Shown: positions 50,609 to 63,519 of the stretch, piece after piece | Numbering within the stretch: the stretch's first letter is position 1 | Layout of the letters: each line of letters begins with the position of its first letter | From: Isurus oxyrinchus | Taxonomy: Eukaryota | Direction of reading: 5' to 3' | Length of the DNA stretch: 64,000 nucleotides | Assembly: GCA_026770705.1 (NCBI GenBank) | Contig: JANJGN010000011.1 | Coordinates: 50,158,001 to 50,222,000, forward strand | The notes under the pieces: model-generated | Databases searched by the model: none | The model's input: the letters and a program-made list of their open reading frames with translations, nothing else | What the model was told of the DNA's origin: nothing | Program-made: the position numbers and the translations under genes

Positions 50609-51314
50609 AGGCCCTGCCCGCTACTTTGGTTACTTCCTCGAAAAAAATCAGTTACTTTTGTCTGATGTGACCTACAAGTTCATTTTGGCTCTTTCTGAAA
50701 CGTCCTGAGATTGTGAAGGTTGTTATATAAATGCCAGTCTTTCTTTCTTTTAGCTGAGGGCCATCAATTTGGCCTGTACCAATTTTGTTTTTTCAATTCT
50801 TAATTTTTATGGGCTTTCCTGTGTAAACATCCATTTACCCATATTAAGGAGTTTGCAGAAGAATTACGTCAGTCTGACCTTAGTAAACCCAATGGCCGAA
50901 ATTTTATGTCACGGGTTTGGACGCTTGGCTGGCCCGAGTGAGAGCGAAATCACACGAGATAACGTTGGGCGGGCGACATGATTGCAACATCCTGCGATAT
51001 TACGGTGGCAGTCGGAGCTCCTCTCGCCGACAGTTAAAGTGGCAATAAAGCCAATTTAAAGTCCAATTGATAGCAATTTTACATTGCCCATGTGATTTAG
51101 CGGTCAGCGCACGGGCAACACAGGCAGGCGGCCATCCCGTTTTTAATGATTTGTCATTCCAGGACACGATAAAAGTGAACCAGAGGCTTGGTGGTGTGAA
51201 TAGTTAGGAGCTTAGGTGAGAGTTTCTTGTTGGTTTTTCTGACAAATTTTCTTGGAGGCTTTTTGTCGAGTGCACCCTTCAGTGCACGAGACAGTGCCGT
51301 CTGCATTTCTGCAA

Positions 51315-52492
51315 ATGGGGATTGTATACTCCACTGGTGGGACCTCCTCTGAAGAGGATGAGAGGGCCAGAGGGAGAGGAGGCCAGGTGTCTGCAGGCAG
51401 TGTTCCAGAGAATGACGAGTAGGAAGAGGGCCACAGGTGGTGCAGGGCCAGCAGGAAGTGCAAGGCGGAAGGGTCTGCAGAATAGTACTATCCTGCATCC
51501 AGGCAGCGCTCCAGCTACCTCAACATGTCTGAGATCCAGTGCCAAAGGAGACTTCGCCTCTCTAGGGAAACTGTTACCTCCATATGTCAGATGATTGGGC
51601 CGGAGATCACCTTGAACTGTGTGGGTAGGCACCCTATGCCAGTGGCTCTAAAGGTTACAGTAGCCCACAACTTCTTTGCCACTGGTTCTTTGCAGGGGTC
51701 TGTGGAAGATCTATGTGGTGTGTCCTAATCTGCTACCCAGAGTTGCATCAAACTGATCACTGATGCTCTGTCCAAATGGGTCATGAACTTCATTCATTTC
51801 TGGACCAGTCAGGCTGAGCAAACCAGAGGCTTCGCAGCCATTGCTGGGTTCACTTGCATCCAGGGCACCATAGACTGTACTCATGTGGCCAGTGGATGAG
51901 CCAGGTGCCTTTGTGAACAGAAAGGGGTTTCACTCCATGAACGTTCAGATAGTTTGCAATCATAAGGCACAGATTCTACAAGTCTGTGCAAGGTACTTTG
52001 GTATCTCCCATGATGTCTACATCCTGTGACACTCCCAGGCGCCAAGGCTGTTTGTGGCTCCAGCTCGGTTGGATGGTTGGCTCCTGGGTGACAAAGGCTT
52101 TCCCTTGAAAAGGTGGCTCATGGCGCCACTCCGGCACCCAAGGACAGAAGCAGAGGAGAGGTACAATAGGAGTCATGCCTCCACAAGGGTGGTAATTGAT
52201 CATTGGACTGCTGAAGATGAGATTCAGATGCCTGGACCGATCATGGGGAGCACTGCAATATCCTTCAGAGCACATGTCGCTTATAGTTGTTGTCTGCTGC
52301 GCTCCACACAATCTCCGTCAAGGGGGGATCCATTGGAGTATGAAGAAGCGAAGCAGCTCCACAGATTACTCATGTGATGGTTCTGATGAGGAGCCGGGGG
52401 AGGGCCAGGGTGAGGACGTGGAGGCAGACTTGAGGAGCCTTCAGGGAGGCAAGGAGACCAAGGAGGCCTTGATTCTCCGCACATTCAGCTAG
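51315..52492 (+). pseudogene. Harbinger DDE transposase, full length but with stops and frameshifts
   Basis: MSEIQCQRRLRLSRETV..KVTVAHNFFATGSLQG; IDCTH; NRKGFHSMNVQIVC; [37 protein letters not shown]; [14 protein letters not shown]; ends ILRTFS*. Confidence 0.9.
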
Positions 52493-53569
52493 GCATCCAA
52501 GGCATGGCTTGAAACTCAGGCCAAGGGTGGAGGCTCCTTACTAAATATTCCAGATCAGGTCATCCTCTGACCCCAGTGTCGAATCATAAACGCTGTAATA
52601 AAGTTTGCAGCCCTTCCTGTCTATCACAAGCCTCTGCCCTGCCCTGTACTTATGAAAACCATGAAGGACACTTAGGCCGTGAAAACAAAATAAATATTTA
52701 TTTCTTGTCAAGGGTTACACAAAAGGAACATAACTTTATCTTGTGTTAACAGTGACACAAAAATAACATCTTAAACTAATGTGATGAAATAATTTCACCT
52801 GTGGAAACCCCCTGTTGTGCTCACGGTGCCTTAAACTTACATTTGTGAATGCTGTGGCTGGGTACCCCCTCCTTGCAGGTAGTGGCATTAGAAGCAGCCT
52901 CCTTACTCCGCTGCCCTGTCTGCCCTGATGACCATGGCGGTTATCCTCTGGCCAGAGGAGCCTGTGCAGATCTCACTTGGGAGGTTGCATCCAAGGCCAT
53001 GGCTGCCATTCCTCTGTCGTTGCGGCGTCATCACTTGCCATGGCAGAGAGGTGGAGGAGCTGCTTCAGTCATCTGGAGAACCCTGAGAGGAGGCTGCAGA
53101 GAAGAGAATCAGCTCGTCTGCCAGTGTGAGGTCAGTTTGAACCTCCCTGCTGACCACTGATGAGTTGGCCTGTCCATGACAGTCACCATTCTCTCATAGT
53201 AGGAGGATGTGCACTCGGAGCTCAGGGTCAACGCAGTGCTTACGCTCTGCATGGACTCATCCATGACAGAGACCATGGCACGTAGACCCTCAGGGATCTC
53301 CGCCAGATCTTTCTGTGCATCCCACTGGACATCCAGCATCTGTCGCCTGATTGACAATTCTAGAGGCTCATCATCTGCTTCAGAATCAGCATGGTACTGG
53401 TCTCCAGCAGTCCACCAAGTACTGGTGCCCTGGGCACTCTCTGCCTCCGCCAGAACCTCATGTAAGGGTGTAGTGCCTTCCCCAATGTGCACCACCATTG
53501 GAGCTAACGACCTAATGGCCACTGAGGTATATGTATCTGCACTGGTGCCTGGTTCTGAGAGAGGTTGTG

Positions 53570-54936
53570 ATCATAGATGGTTACAGCACAGAAGGAGGCC
53601 ATTTGGCCCATCATGTCTGTGCTCACTCTCTGAAGGAACTGTTCATCTAATGCCACCAGCCCCCACCCCACAACCTTATCCCCATAACCCTGCACATTCC
53701 TTTTCAGATAATAATCCAATTCCCTCTTGAATGCCTTAATTGAATCTGTCTCTGTCACATTCTCAGGCAGTGTATTCCAGATCCTAACCACTAATTGTGT
53801 GTTAAAGCTTTTCCACATGTCGCCATTGCTTCTTTTGCCAATTAATTACCTTAAACTAATTATCTCCTTTTTAATTGCTGGTATATTGAGGAGGTATCTT
53901 GTCCAATAATGTCAGATTTAAATATGCGGGCACTGGCGTTGGTACCTCTGGTTCTCGATTTTTCTTCCAATGGGAGCAGTTTCTCCTGATTTATTCTGTC
54001 TACACCCCTCATCATTTTAAATACCCCTGTCAAATCTCCTCTTAACCTTATTTTCTCTGATGGAGAACAGCCCCAGCTTCTCCAATCTATCTTTGTAACT
54101 GAAGTTCTTCATCCCTCGAACCATTTTCGTGAATCTTTTCTGCATTCTCTCTAATGCCTTCACAACCTTCCTAAAATGTGGCTTCCAGAACTGGACACAA
54201 TACTCCAGCTGAGGCTGAACCAGTGTTTTATGCAAGTTTAATATAACATCCTTGTTTTTGTACTCTATGCCCCTATTAATAAAACTAGGGGACGGTATGC
54301 TTTATTAACTGCTCTCTCACCTTGTCCTGCCACCTTCAATGATTTATGCACGTATACACCCATGTCCCACTGCTCCTGCAATCCCTTTAGAATTGTGCCC
54401 CTTATTTTATATTGTCTCTCCATATTCTTCCTACCAAATTGTCGAAGGGTCATGAGGACTCGAAACGTCAACTCTTTTCTTCTCCGCCGATGCTGCCAGA
54501 CCTGCTGAGTTTTTCCAGATAATTCTGTTTTTGTTTTTGTTTTGAATTACTTCACTCTTCTCTTCAGTAAAATTCACCTGCCACTTGACCACCCATTCCA
54601 CCAGCCTCTCTATGTTCTTTTGAAGTTCTACACTATCCTCCACACAATTCACAATGCTTCCAAAATGCTGTATCATCCGCAAATTTTGAAATTTTGTCCC
54701 ATACACCAAAGTCCAGGTCATTAATATATATCAGGAAGAGCAAGGGTCCTAACACTGACCCCAGAAGAACTCCACTATAAACATTCCTCCAGTCCACAAA
54801 AAACCACTCCTCTCTGTTTCCTGTCAATCTGCCAATTTTGTATCCATGTTGCTGTTATCCCTTTTATTCCATAAGCTCTAACTTTGCGCCCAAGTCTATT
54901 GTGCGGCCCTTTATCAAATGCCTCTTGGAAGTTCCA
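53570..54936 (-). mobile_element. CR1 LINE inserted in the Harbinger Myb gene
   Basis: KTLVQPQLEYCVQFWKPHFRK; GSVLGPLLFLIYINDLD..ISKFADDT; tail acagcacagaaggaggccatttggccc. Confidence 0.88.
54440..54544 (+). mobile_element. Penelope-type tail fragment inserted in the CR1
   Basis: tgtcgaagggtcatgaggactcgaaacgtcaactc...gatgctgccagacctgctgagtttttccag; CpGs retained. Confidence 0.75.
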
Positions 54937-57900
54937 GGAATTGCACCTCTAAGTTCTTTAGTTGCAGCTATGGTAGCCCAAAATACTTGAACATATGCTT
55001 AAATTATTGAGCCATTTCTTTCTCTAAAACAAATAATGTGGGGTTCCTCCATGTCAAAAACAGCTACCTAACTCAGATCTGTCAAGTGTCACTAGATCAG
55101 ACAATTGCTCACGTGGTTAATAACATGATGACAAATAAAAACATCTCTCCATATGTTAAGTTACTTTGAAATCTGTGTTACTCCCATTTACCAGAAGTTT
55201 CATACCTAACCATGTTGACAGGCTGTTAACCATTCATATAGAACCTCTCTCTCTTTATAATTAAAGTATTTCATGAATCCTTGGATTAAACAATCATTGC
55301 AAAATTCTATGTTTTATCAAATATGAATTGAGGGTGGATCTGGCTGTGGGTCCTCCACTGGTGTTAAGGGGTCCTCGGGGTCCCTACCGCATCTTGAGGA
55401 TGGCTCATCTGAGGAAGGAAAACAATATGTCATTCGTTTCAATCTCCGCATAGTCAATGTGCATACAAAACGGGCTGTTGACACCATAGACAAGTGCCTC
55501 ACTCAGGCATTGTGATTGTAGAATCACTTGCTTACAATTTGTCATTGGAGATGAGACCACCTTATGATTTTTGCACTATCCACCAGTTGCGCACCTGTCC
55601 ACTGGACTCTTACCATCCACCGAGACCCCGCCTCTCCATGACCAGTGGACCCAGCTCAATGCTGGCATTCCAGCTCCGGAGTGTCCTTTTCATACCTGGT
55701 CAGAATGAGGGGATTGGGAATCCCACCACCCGTTCATGACTGCTCACCGGCGTTATTGGTTCTCCTCTCCTGAAGGAGCAGAAGAGAATTCATTAGCCCA
55801 TCCTCTACCTCCAGCCTGTCACACCCACCCCCGAGAACTGGATAGCAGTGCATGTCAGAGTATCACACTTCACCCTTCAGTGCACCCAGGGCAAGGGGGC
55901 AGACCTCGCAACCTTGGCTGGCACAGTTTTCAGTGCCATTTAGCACATATACACTCGTACATCCCTGATTGCTATGATAAACAGCCAACCATTAACACTT
56001 TTCCATGCAGTTCCATGGCAACTCGGTACTCACCCTTGCTGAGTGCAGGGGATTGTTAAACCTTTTGTGGCACTGTACCCATGTGCGGTGAACCACGTCA
56101 TGCCCACTCACCTGGGAGGCCATCTACGATCAGGCCTTCTTGGTGAGATGCAGTTGCCTCCTCCTGCCACCCCGTGGCATTAAAAACTGTCACCTGGCGC
56201 TGACTACCTGCAAAATAATGCCCAGGCATTCGTCCAAAAACCGCAGGGGGAGGGAGGGGAGGATGGCAGAGTGCCCACTGCCTTTGCCATCTCGTGTGGC
56301 ATGGTGCAGATGCCATATTTTACTCTCAGTCTTCAAGTAACTTGCAGGACAGCTCCCCCCATTGACCCTGGCAGCCTTCAGGGAGCTGCCTCTGGCCCTT
56401 TTGAATCCCCTGCCGGGTCCTCATTTGACCTGGTGCCCAACAAGCTCATACCCCTGCCTGGACCGAAGAGCCAACGGCAGGACTCGTTTCATGCTGGGCA
56501 GGCCTTGATTGGCCAGCCAGCATGAAATTGTGTTTCTGACCTGAAGTCGCCCAGAAGTAGGTTCCACATCCACTTACGGGCCCCCGCTGATTGCATGTGC
56601 CCGACAGGCACAAAATTCAGGCCATTCTTTCCAATGCACAAAAAAATTATCAACTGTGTGTGACTGATTTTTGTTTACAAATAATAGCCACTAAATGGAC
56701 GGGACTTGAGGGGAGCTGAAAGAATCATATTGATGATAATAGGTGTCACGCTTGTCTCAGTAGTAGAGTCAGAAGGCTGCCACTTCAGGCTGCATTGCAG
56801 AAACTTCAGCATATAATTTAGGGTGAAGAAGGAGCATGATTATTTCCACAATCCATGACTAAACCATGTTTTCATCTTGACTCCAGATTTAGCAAAATTG
56901 GGTATGATATTTGAGAAGTAAAAGCTGGGAAGGAAGAAGTAGCTATAATCAGATGGGAGAAGAATAAAGATATGATTGTTGCAGGATTGTCAGTGTCATT
57001 TGCTTGCAAGTTTTCAGAGAACATCCTTGTAAAAATGCTTGAGTGTATCAGTACATCTTTTGACTGTTTGCTTTCAGTATTCAGTGGTACTTAGGAACAA
57101 GAGCTAAATTTTCACATGTAAATCTTGAAATGTATACCAACCACAAGTTAAGAAGCCAAAATTACAGCTGAATGTACAATGTGCTGTTATATCTAGGTAT
57201 GGTCTCACCTTGCCCCAAATCCCAAGGTGGGAGTCATTTTCACAGGATAGATGCCTCTGTTATTTCTGGTGTTTCTGAACATCTGCCATGATGGATGTGA
57301 AAGGAATTTCAGCACAGCACTTTGCTAATATAAACAGATATCAGGAGATTAAAAAAATAATTGGATAAATCTTTTTATGTAAGTCATTGGCATCACTTAC
57401 AGAAAATTGACCTGCTACACAGTTGTGCCTGCTTCATTCATACAGGCATACTTTGCATTGGATGCACTAGAAGCAGAACTGGCAGACTTTTTCTGTCATC
57501 CTGCTAGTTTTACACCTCCTGGTGATATTCAAAGTGGGAATGAGCGGGGGAAGGGGGAAGCACAAGAAAAATCTGTTCCCATTTCTGGCAGAATTTGGCA
57601 TCATGCAAAAAAAGGGACCAGATTCTAACTGCCTGTCCCTTTTATGGTGTGGCTGCCTTCTCTTCCTCCAGGCCCAGAAATTTCGAGCCCTGTCTGTTTT
57701 AGGTCAGGGTAGAAACTCCCAACAGACGATTGATTAATTTGTACGGGAGCACAGTTTTAAAACCCGAGCTACTCAGTTCTTTGCAGTATAATGTCTGACA
57801 GCACATACTAGCCTTAGTGAGTTGGTGTTTTAACATGCATTTGGCAACACTTCTGGGAAAACATTAATCTCTGCGCTAATGCAATAAACATGCCAACGGG

Positions 57901-58271
57901 AATCCTGCATATTCACTTAATGATTTAAGTGCATTTGTTTTTGCTATGGATCCTGTGCTCAATGATATTCAAAACAGAAAATCATGTTCAAACAAAATCT
58001 AATTTTCACTGATATGAAACAGAGGTTGCTGATGGTGCAGCGTTTACTTACAAAGCCATTAACTGGCTTTAGAGATGTATTTCTCCTGTATGGATTTTAA
58101 AGTCCATTTATCCATTTGGGTTAAATTACAGATCCATTCCAGTGACAGAATGGTCTCCCTCAGTCTAATTACTGTGAAACCTTAGCCTAATTATTTTGCT
58201 GGTATTGCATCATATTTTTTGGTTTTTATGCTAACATTTTGAGGGGGCAAGATCCACTTTCTGGAGTCTTA

Positions 58272-59499
58272 GGGCGGAATTGTCCGGGAGGGGCAAATAT
58301 GAGAAGATCGCAAAAATCGGTTTCACGCTGTTGTAAAACCAGTTTGTGATTGTCTGCTCCACCCGCATTTCCTGCTGCCACATATCAGGAAACTAATTTC
58401 AATATGTTAGCATTTTGTTATAAGCCCTGCTCACTGGAATTACCCCCTAATGCTGGATCATCTGGGCATGTTGGCGTGAATGCACACCGACATGTTTCAC
58501 AATTGTACATCAGCAACGTGCACCTGGTGAGCTGCACTTCGCTCGGGACTTTGAGGTTTGTTTGCCCACCTTGCTTCAGGCAGCACTCGTGGTCATCAGC
58601 GCCAGGCTTCACAGGCAGCACCACATCACTTTTAGTGGGGCTCACTGGCAGGTCTCTACCTACCAGACCAGCCTTAAGGTGGGGGTGGCTTTTCAATGGC
58701 TGCAGAGCTAGGGCTTGCTTGGGGAAGGGGGAGAAGTAGCCTCAGGCAAAGGAAGAGGCTGTAGGGAGAGGGCTGCACTGGGGAAGAAGGGTAACCCAAG
58801 ATGTGTGTGGGGGCACAAATTGATCTGTTCAAGTGGCCTTAAGATGGCTGAGGAGGCAGTCTCCAGAGGAGATGAAGCCAGATGGAGATGTGAGGGTGTG
58901 TGTGAGAGAGTGAGTGGTGATGTCCCTTGCGCTGGCAGTGAGTGAGATGCCAGTGAATGTGTGATGGACTTAAGTCTGTGAGTTTGGAGTGATGAGATGG
59001 TTGCCATACCCTGGCAGCATGGATGAGATCATTCATCCTCTATCTGCATTGGTTGTCCAACCTCTTCTGTGCAGCATTGTCACTGATCACCACTGCCATC
59101 GCCTACCAAGCCGGAATGGTAATGTTGCTGTCCTTCCTGTGGCCAGAGTCGGGAGTAGAGGACATCACAGCGGCCTCCACGGTGTCCAAAAAGCGCTCAA
59201 AGGGCTGCAGTCTTCTTCCCTTTCGGGCCATGTCTTCTTTGCTGCAGTCCTGGGCTGGAAGCACTGAGTGCGGCTGAACTTTAAATATGGCGCCCAGCGT
59301 GATGAAGCAGTGACAAGATGGCATGATGGGTGAATGAGAGCCCACCCATCATGGAAACGGTGTATTTCCTGTGAATGCATAAGTAATGCGGCGGGTTTGG
59401 TACGATACGGTGTGAAAACCCGCCATCGGGGGCAGCAAGTAAAACATTGTTTTACTGGCCCACTATTGCACTTAATGTAAATCTGGGGTGATTCCACCC
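58272..59499. mobile_element. Internally deleted Harbinger element of another family, retaining a decayed Myb-like exon (about 59232-59010, minus)
   Basis: GGGCGGAAT...ATTCCACCC termini; MARKG..FERFLDTVEA...IPAW...QCR*RMNDLIHAAR. Confidence 0.75.
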
Positions 59500-59780
59500 T
59501 CTGTTGCACTGACCAATTATGAGCTGTTTGCCGTTGTTTGTTTCTCTCTGCCAATGGAGTTATTGCTGTTAAAGCAGACATTGGACAAAGATGCAAAAGA
59601 CAATAGCAGGTTTTTGAGGATAAAACATTTCTGTGATTGTTTTCCCTTTCAAAAGAAAATAAAGACTTTATTAAGCAGCACCATCTGTAGCAGAAATCAT
59701 TCGAAAATTAATTGACTTCTGCAACCTGACATTTGTTTCAACAAATCATATGAATTCCACTCAGCTCACTAAAAGTCCTA

Positions 59781-60540
59781 GGGCTGCAATTTACATGCCC
59801 CGACTGGGTCATGTTTTTGTTGGGGGAGGGCACGTAAAATAGGGTGGGTGCCCACCCCACCACCTTCCTGCCCACCCTCGACCTCACCCTCATAATATGG
59901 TGGGGGGGGAGCGGTGGGTGGACACGGAAATCAGCAGCCCGCCCATCATATTTAAATCGATAATCAAGGGTCAGTTGGACTTGTTACCAAGCCAGTTGAC
60001 CCCGATAATATGCTGCCCATGCCGTAAAACAATTGGTATGGGTAGTTGGGCGGGTGAAGGCAGCCTAATTTAAAACAAAATAAATTTCAAAGGGCGGGAA
60101 GGAAAGCGGGTGGTGGGAATACTATCTTTGCGGGCTGCCCTTTGCAGATAGGGGTGCCCCCACTAAAATAGAACGTCGACCCCCTTTCCTCCTACCCGCC
60201 TGCAGCATTAAACTCACCAAACCCTCCCTGCTCAGCACTTCCCTGGCTCTGGGATCCATTGGGCCATCACCTTCTTCCTGGTTGCAGTCCTGGCAGTGCC
60301 CACGAATGCACTGTTGGTGCTGCCGGGACTGATGGAGCTGCCAGCCAAACCGATTGGCCGGCAGCTCCCGAGGGTGGGACTTCTGCCGCAGTGAAGGGTA
60401 GAAGTTCCAAACTGCCCTTGTTTAGCCCGCCCGCAGCTGCTGGCATGGAGCGGGTCGACCCCACACCAACTTTGCTTATGAAGGGTCGGGGGGGGTGCGG
60501 GTGAGCTGTCTGCCTCCACACCTGCCCCTGCAATATTCTT
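59781..60540. mobile_element. Harbinger-type MITE, H3-less sibling of 22149-23291
   Basis: Starts GGGCTGCAATTTAC; colinear with 42456-43165; right TIR eroded. Confidence 0.75.
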
Positions 60541-62316
60541 GTAGCTAAAGCTTCTACCACAATATTATCCATCGATATGTTTGTCAGGATTTTACTCAGG
60601 CCTTAAAAATAAATGTTCATCATTTGTCAGTCTAGGCCAAGGGGATTTTGGGGGAGTTTATCAATCAGATAATTGTTAAAACCCACATATGTAAATTTGC
60701 CTGATCAGGGAGTTGGGGGTAGAGGGGGAAGCTGTAAGAAAAGTAATAAATGGTCACAATAAAGGGATGATCAAATTAGTTATAAAATCTTAGCTAGTTT
60801 AAAAATCCCATCAAACTGAATAATTATGTTCTCACAACAATAACAGTGCCTTTGAGGGTTAATTGGCATGTCGATTGGACCTGGCCTGTGACTTTTAACC
60901 ATGAGCAGTCAGCAGATTGCTCCCATGTATATTCCATCTCACATTTAGGCAGTGTAAGAACAAAAATATCCTTACTCATTTAGCAACTATGACTCTTTTT
61001 ATTTAATTATCACCCATAACTAGCCTTTTTTCATTTGATAAAGTATGCCAAATTTGCCAGTTTGTGGATTCCACATATAGTAAGTAATTTTGTAGCCAAA
61101 ACTGAAATGAACAGTTTTCCTCAAGGAGTGTTACTGGTACTGCTGTGTGTTAATGGAGCCTTTAAAGTGATTTTTCGTCCATACATCTGCTTCATTCAAC
61201 AGCTGGCACCAAATACTGGATTCAGACATCTTTCCTGTCTCACTTTTTCCAAATGCTGTCATAGGCATGCGCTGGAGATTAATGGACTTACTATTTTTTT
61301 GATATGTTGTATGCTTTGGAGTCAATCCAGGCAATTGTCCATCCAGCTGCCATTAAACTTCAAGTCTTCACACAAGCTGGTTTCTTAATTTGTACCTGAT
61401 GATGTAATAGTTTGTTTTGGCACTGGTTTGAACAGTAATTTTCTTTTCTTATTTACTCTGATACTCCTCATTTCTCATGTAGAGTGAATTCTTTGCTGTG
61501 TTCCCAATGATTTAAAAGTCTTTTCCTTGCAACCTGTGAAGTGGAAACAAGAGGATAAGCCATGCAGCATGTTTGATGTTTTGAACATAAAACTTGAACA
61601 TATAAAGATTTAAAGAGTGCTGAGGAGTTGCTTAACAGCACTGTGTGGGCTTCTATTTTTTTTATAAAACACCCTACTTATAGTTTTATTGACCTAGGAA
61701 TAACAAGAGAACAATTTTACACATTCAATATGTTGTTTGGCTTAATGGGGTTAGTTTTTTCTGTACCCATGGTTACAGATTTAACCTGGGCACAGATTTG
61801 AAAAGCTTACAGAAAAATTAAAACGATTACAGAAAATGTTTACAGATTTAACAGGCTGAGAAAAGAAAATAATAATACAAAACAGCAGCTGCCTTGTTAC
61901 TTTACTCTTAGCAAAATCAACTCCTCAGTGATATCTAGCATCAGAATGCTTAGATATGCTGCTTTACTTCCAGCAGGTTAACACTTAATATCTAGCTCAT
62001 TTATGCTATTAACTGTGGTCATACAATCACCAGAAGCATTTGGCTGCTGTGGTTGGCTCCCGATGATCAGTCAGGCTCTCTCCCATTCTCTGAAATCTCC
62101 TTCCGACAATTAGCGGGGTCTTCTTCCTTTGATTGCTGTATAGGTCTCCGATAAGTTCAATCTTTTATACCCTTTTTCAGGAGATGAGTTTAGTTTAATA
62201 TATTGAGAACCCATACTGACCTATGAAGCTTCTTTAAAAGCACAATTCCCATTTATGTTCTGCAGCCTTTGCTTAAGATATGATTTGCATCCACCAAGAA
62301 AGTTGCTTTCTTCTTT

Positions 62317-62452
62317 GGAAGAAGATTCACATAGGACTTGAAACGTTAACTCTGTTTCTCTCTCCACAAATGTTGCCAGACCTGCTGAGTTTTTCCAGCA
62401 CTTTGTTTTTATTTCAGATCTCCAGCATCCGCAGTCTTATGCTTTTATTTTA
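62317..62452 (+). mobile_element. Penelope-type tail with a decayed hammerhead-like head
   Basis: gaagaagattcacataggacttgaaacgttaactctgtttctctctccacaaatgttgccagacctgctgagt...tttcagatctccagcatccgcagt. Confidence 0.72.
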
Positions 62453-63392
62453 CTGTCAGTCGTTACCCTGAATTTGTTTAAAATAACTTTTTTTTGCCTA
62501 CAGCACTATGTACAACAGAAGTTATTTGAAAGCTGATTGATTTGTGCTTCTGCAACCGGACATTTGCTTTAACTAATCATATGAATTCCCACTCAGTTCA
62601 CTGAAAGTCCGAGCTAATGTAGTAACTGAAGCTTCTACCACAATATTATCCATCTATATAATATAATATTGTATATTTACTGAAGTACATTTAGAGTTGG
62701 ACATAAGCATTGGACTTTTAAAAGTGGAAGTAGTGGCTGTTGCTGTGCCTGTTAAGGATTAATTTGAGGCACGGATTAACAGAATTCACATTTGCTTGTC
62801 AGAGCGGGTTCTGCTATTCAAAGAGGGTTCCCGACTGCTTTTTGAGTTTTTCTGCAGACTGTCTTGCGAAGTCAAATTGATTTGATTAATTTTTTATACA
62901 TCTGTGATTCCTTAGGACAATTGCATTGTATAACAAGCTAGATAACATAAAACTTGCCCAAGTGATAAATGTAGTTAATATTGATCACTATGCTGTCAAT
63001 TGCTTTCAGTTCGTATGTTGCATTTGCATTATTCCTGGCCTTTGCAATGCTCAATAAAAGCATGCTTTCAAACTCAGTTTCTGAAAATACTCAACCCTTT
63101 GTCTATATCAGCTGTCTAGTGGTGACTGACCGACTAATGAGTCTGCTCTTTATTTCTGGCAGTTTTGTTTTTTGGGGAGGTGTGAAACTAGTTTGTACTG
63201 GGTACTTGAGACAGTTGTGAGTCTATGAAATCTAACTTGATCCTTGGTTCTGTATTTTTCAGTTATTTTTCCTGTTTGGTTCTTTGGGTTGAGTAGGATT
63301 TTTTAACTCATTACTGCAAGGTGGAATTCCATGGAGACTAAGATGTGTTTTAGACAAAATTATCAAAGGATGTGAAGAATCTCCAACAATTT

Positions 63393-63519
63393 GGCCAGGA
63401 TTTCCCAGCCCCGCCATGGTGGGATCTGCCGCGGGGGATGCAGCGGGCCAACCAAAAGTCCATTCACGTCGGCGGGACCAGACGATCCTGGTAGTGGGCG
63501 GAGCCAGAAAACCCCACCC
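63393..63519. mobile_element. 127-bp Harbinger-type MITE
   Basis: GGCCAGGATTTCC...GAAAACCCCACCC degenerate termini with TTT on both sides. Confidence 0.6.

Larger units (their letters stand above)
52850..56316 (-). pseudogene. Harbinger Myb/SANT-like gene remnants (first exon about 56034-56316; last exon about 52850-53560)
   Basis: Minus-strand VSGHDVVHRTWVQCHKRFNNPLHSAR plus a GTGAGT donor; C-terminal EADDEPLELSIRRQMLD.. homologous to 17118-17520. Confidence 0.75.
50894..56623 (+). mobile_element. Second degenerate PIF/Harbinger transposon with convergent genes, interrupted by a CR1
   Basis: GGCCGAAATTTT...AAAATTCAGGCC termini, AAT/ATT flanks; opposing polyadenylation signals (aataaa about 52597, tttatt about 52697) between the genes. 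Confidence 0.88.
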
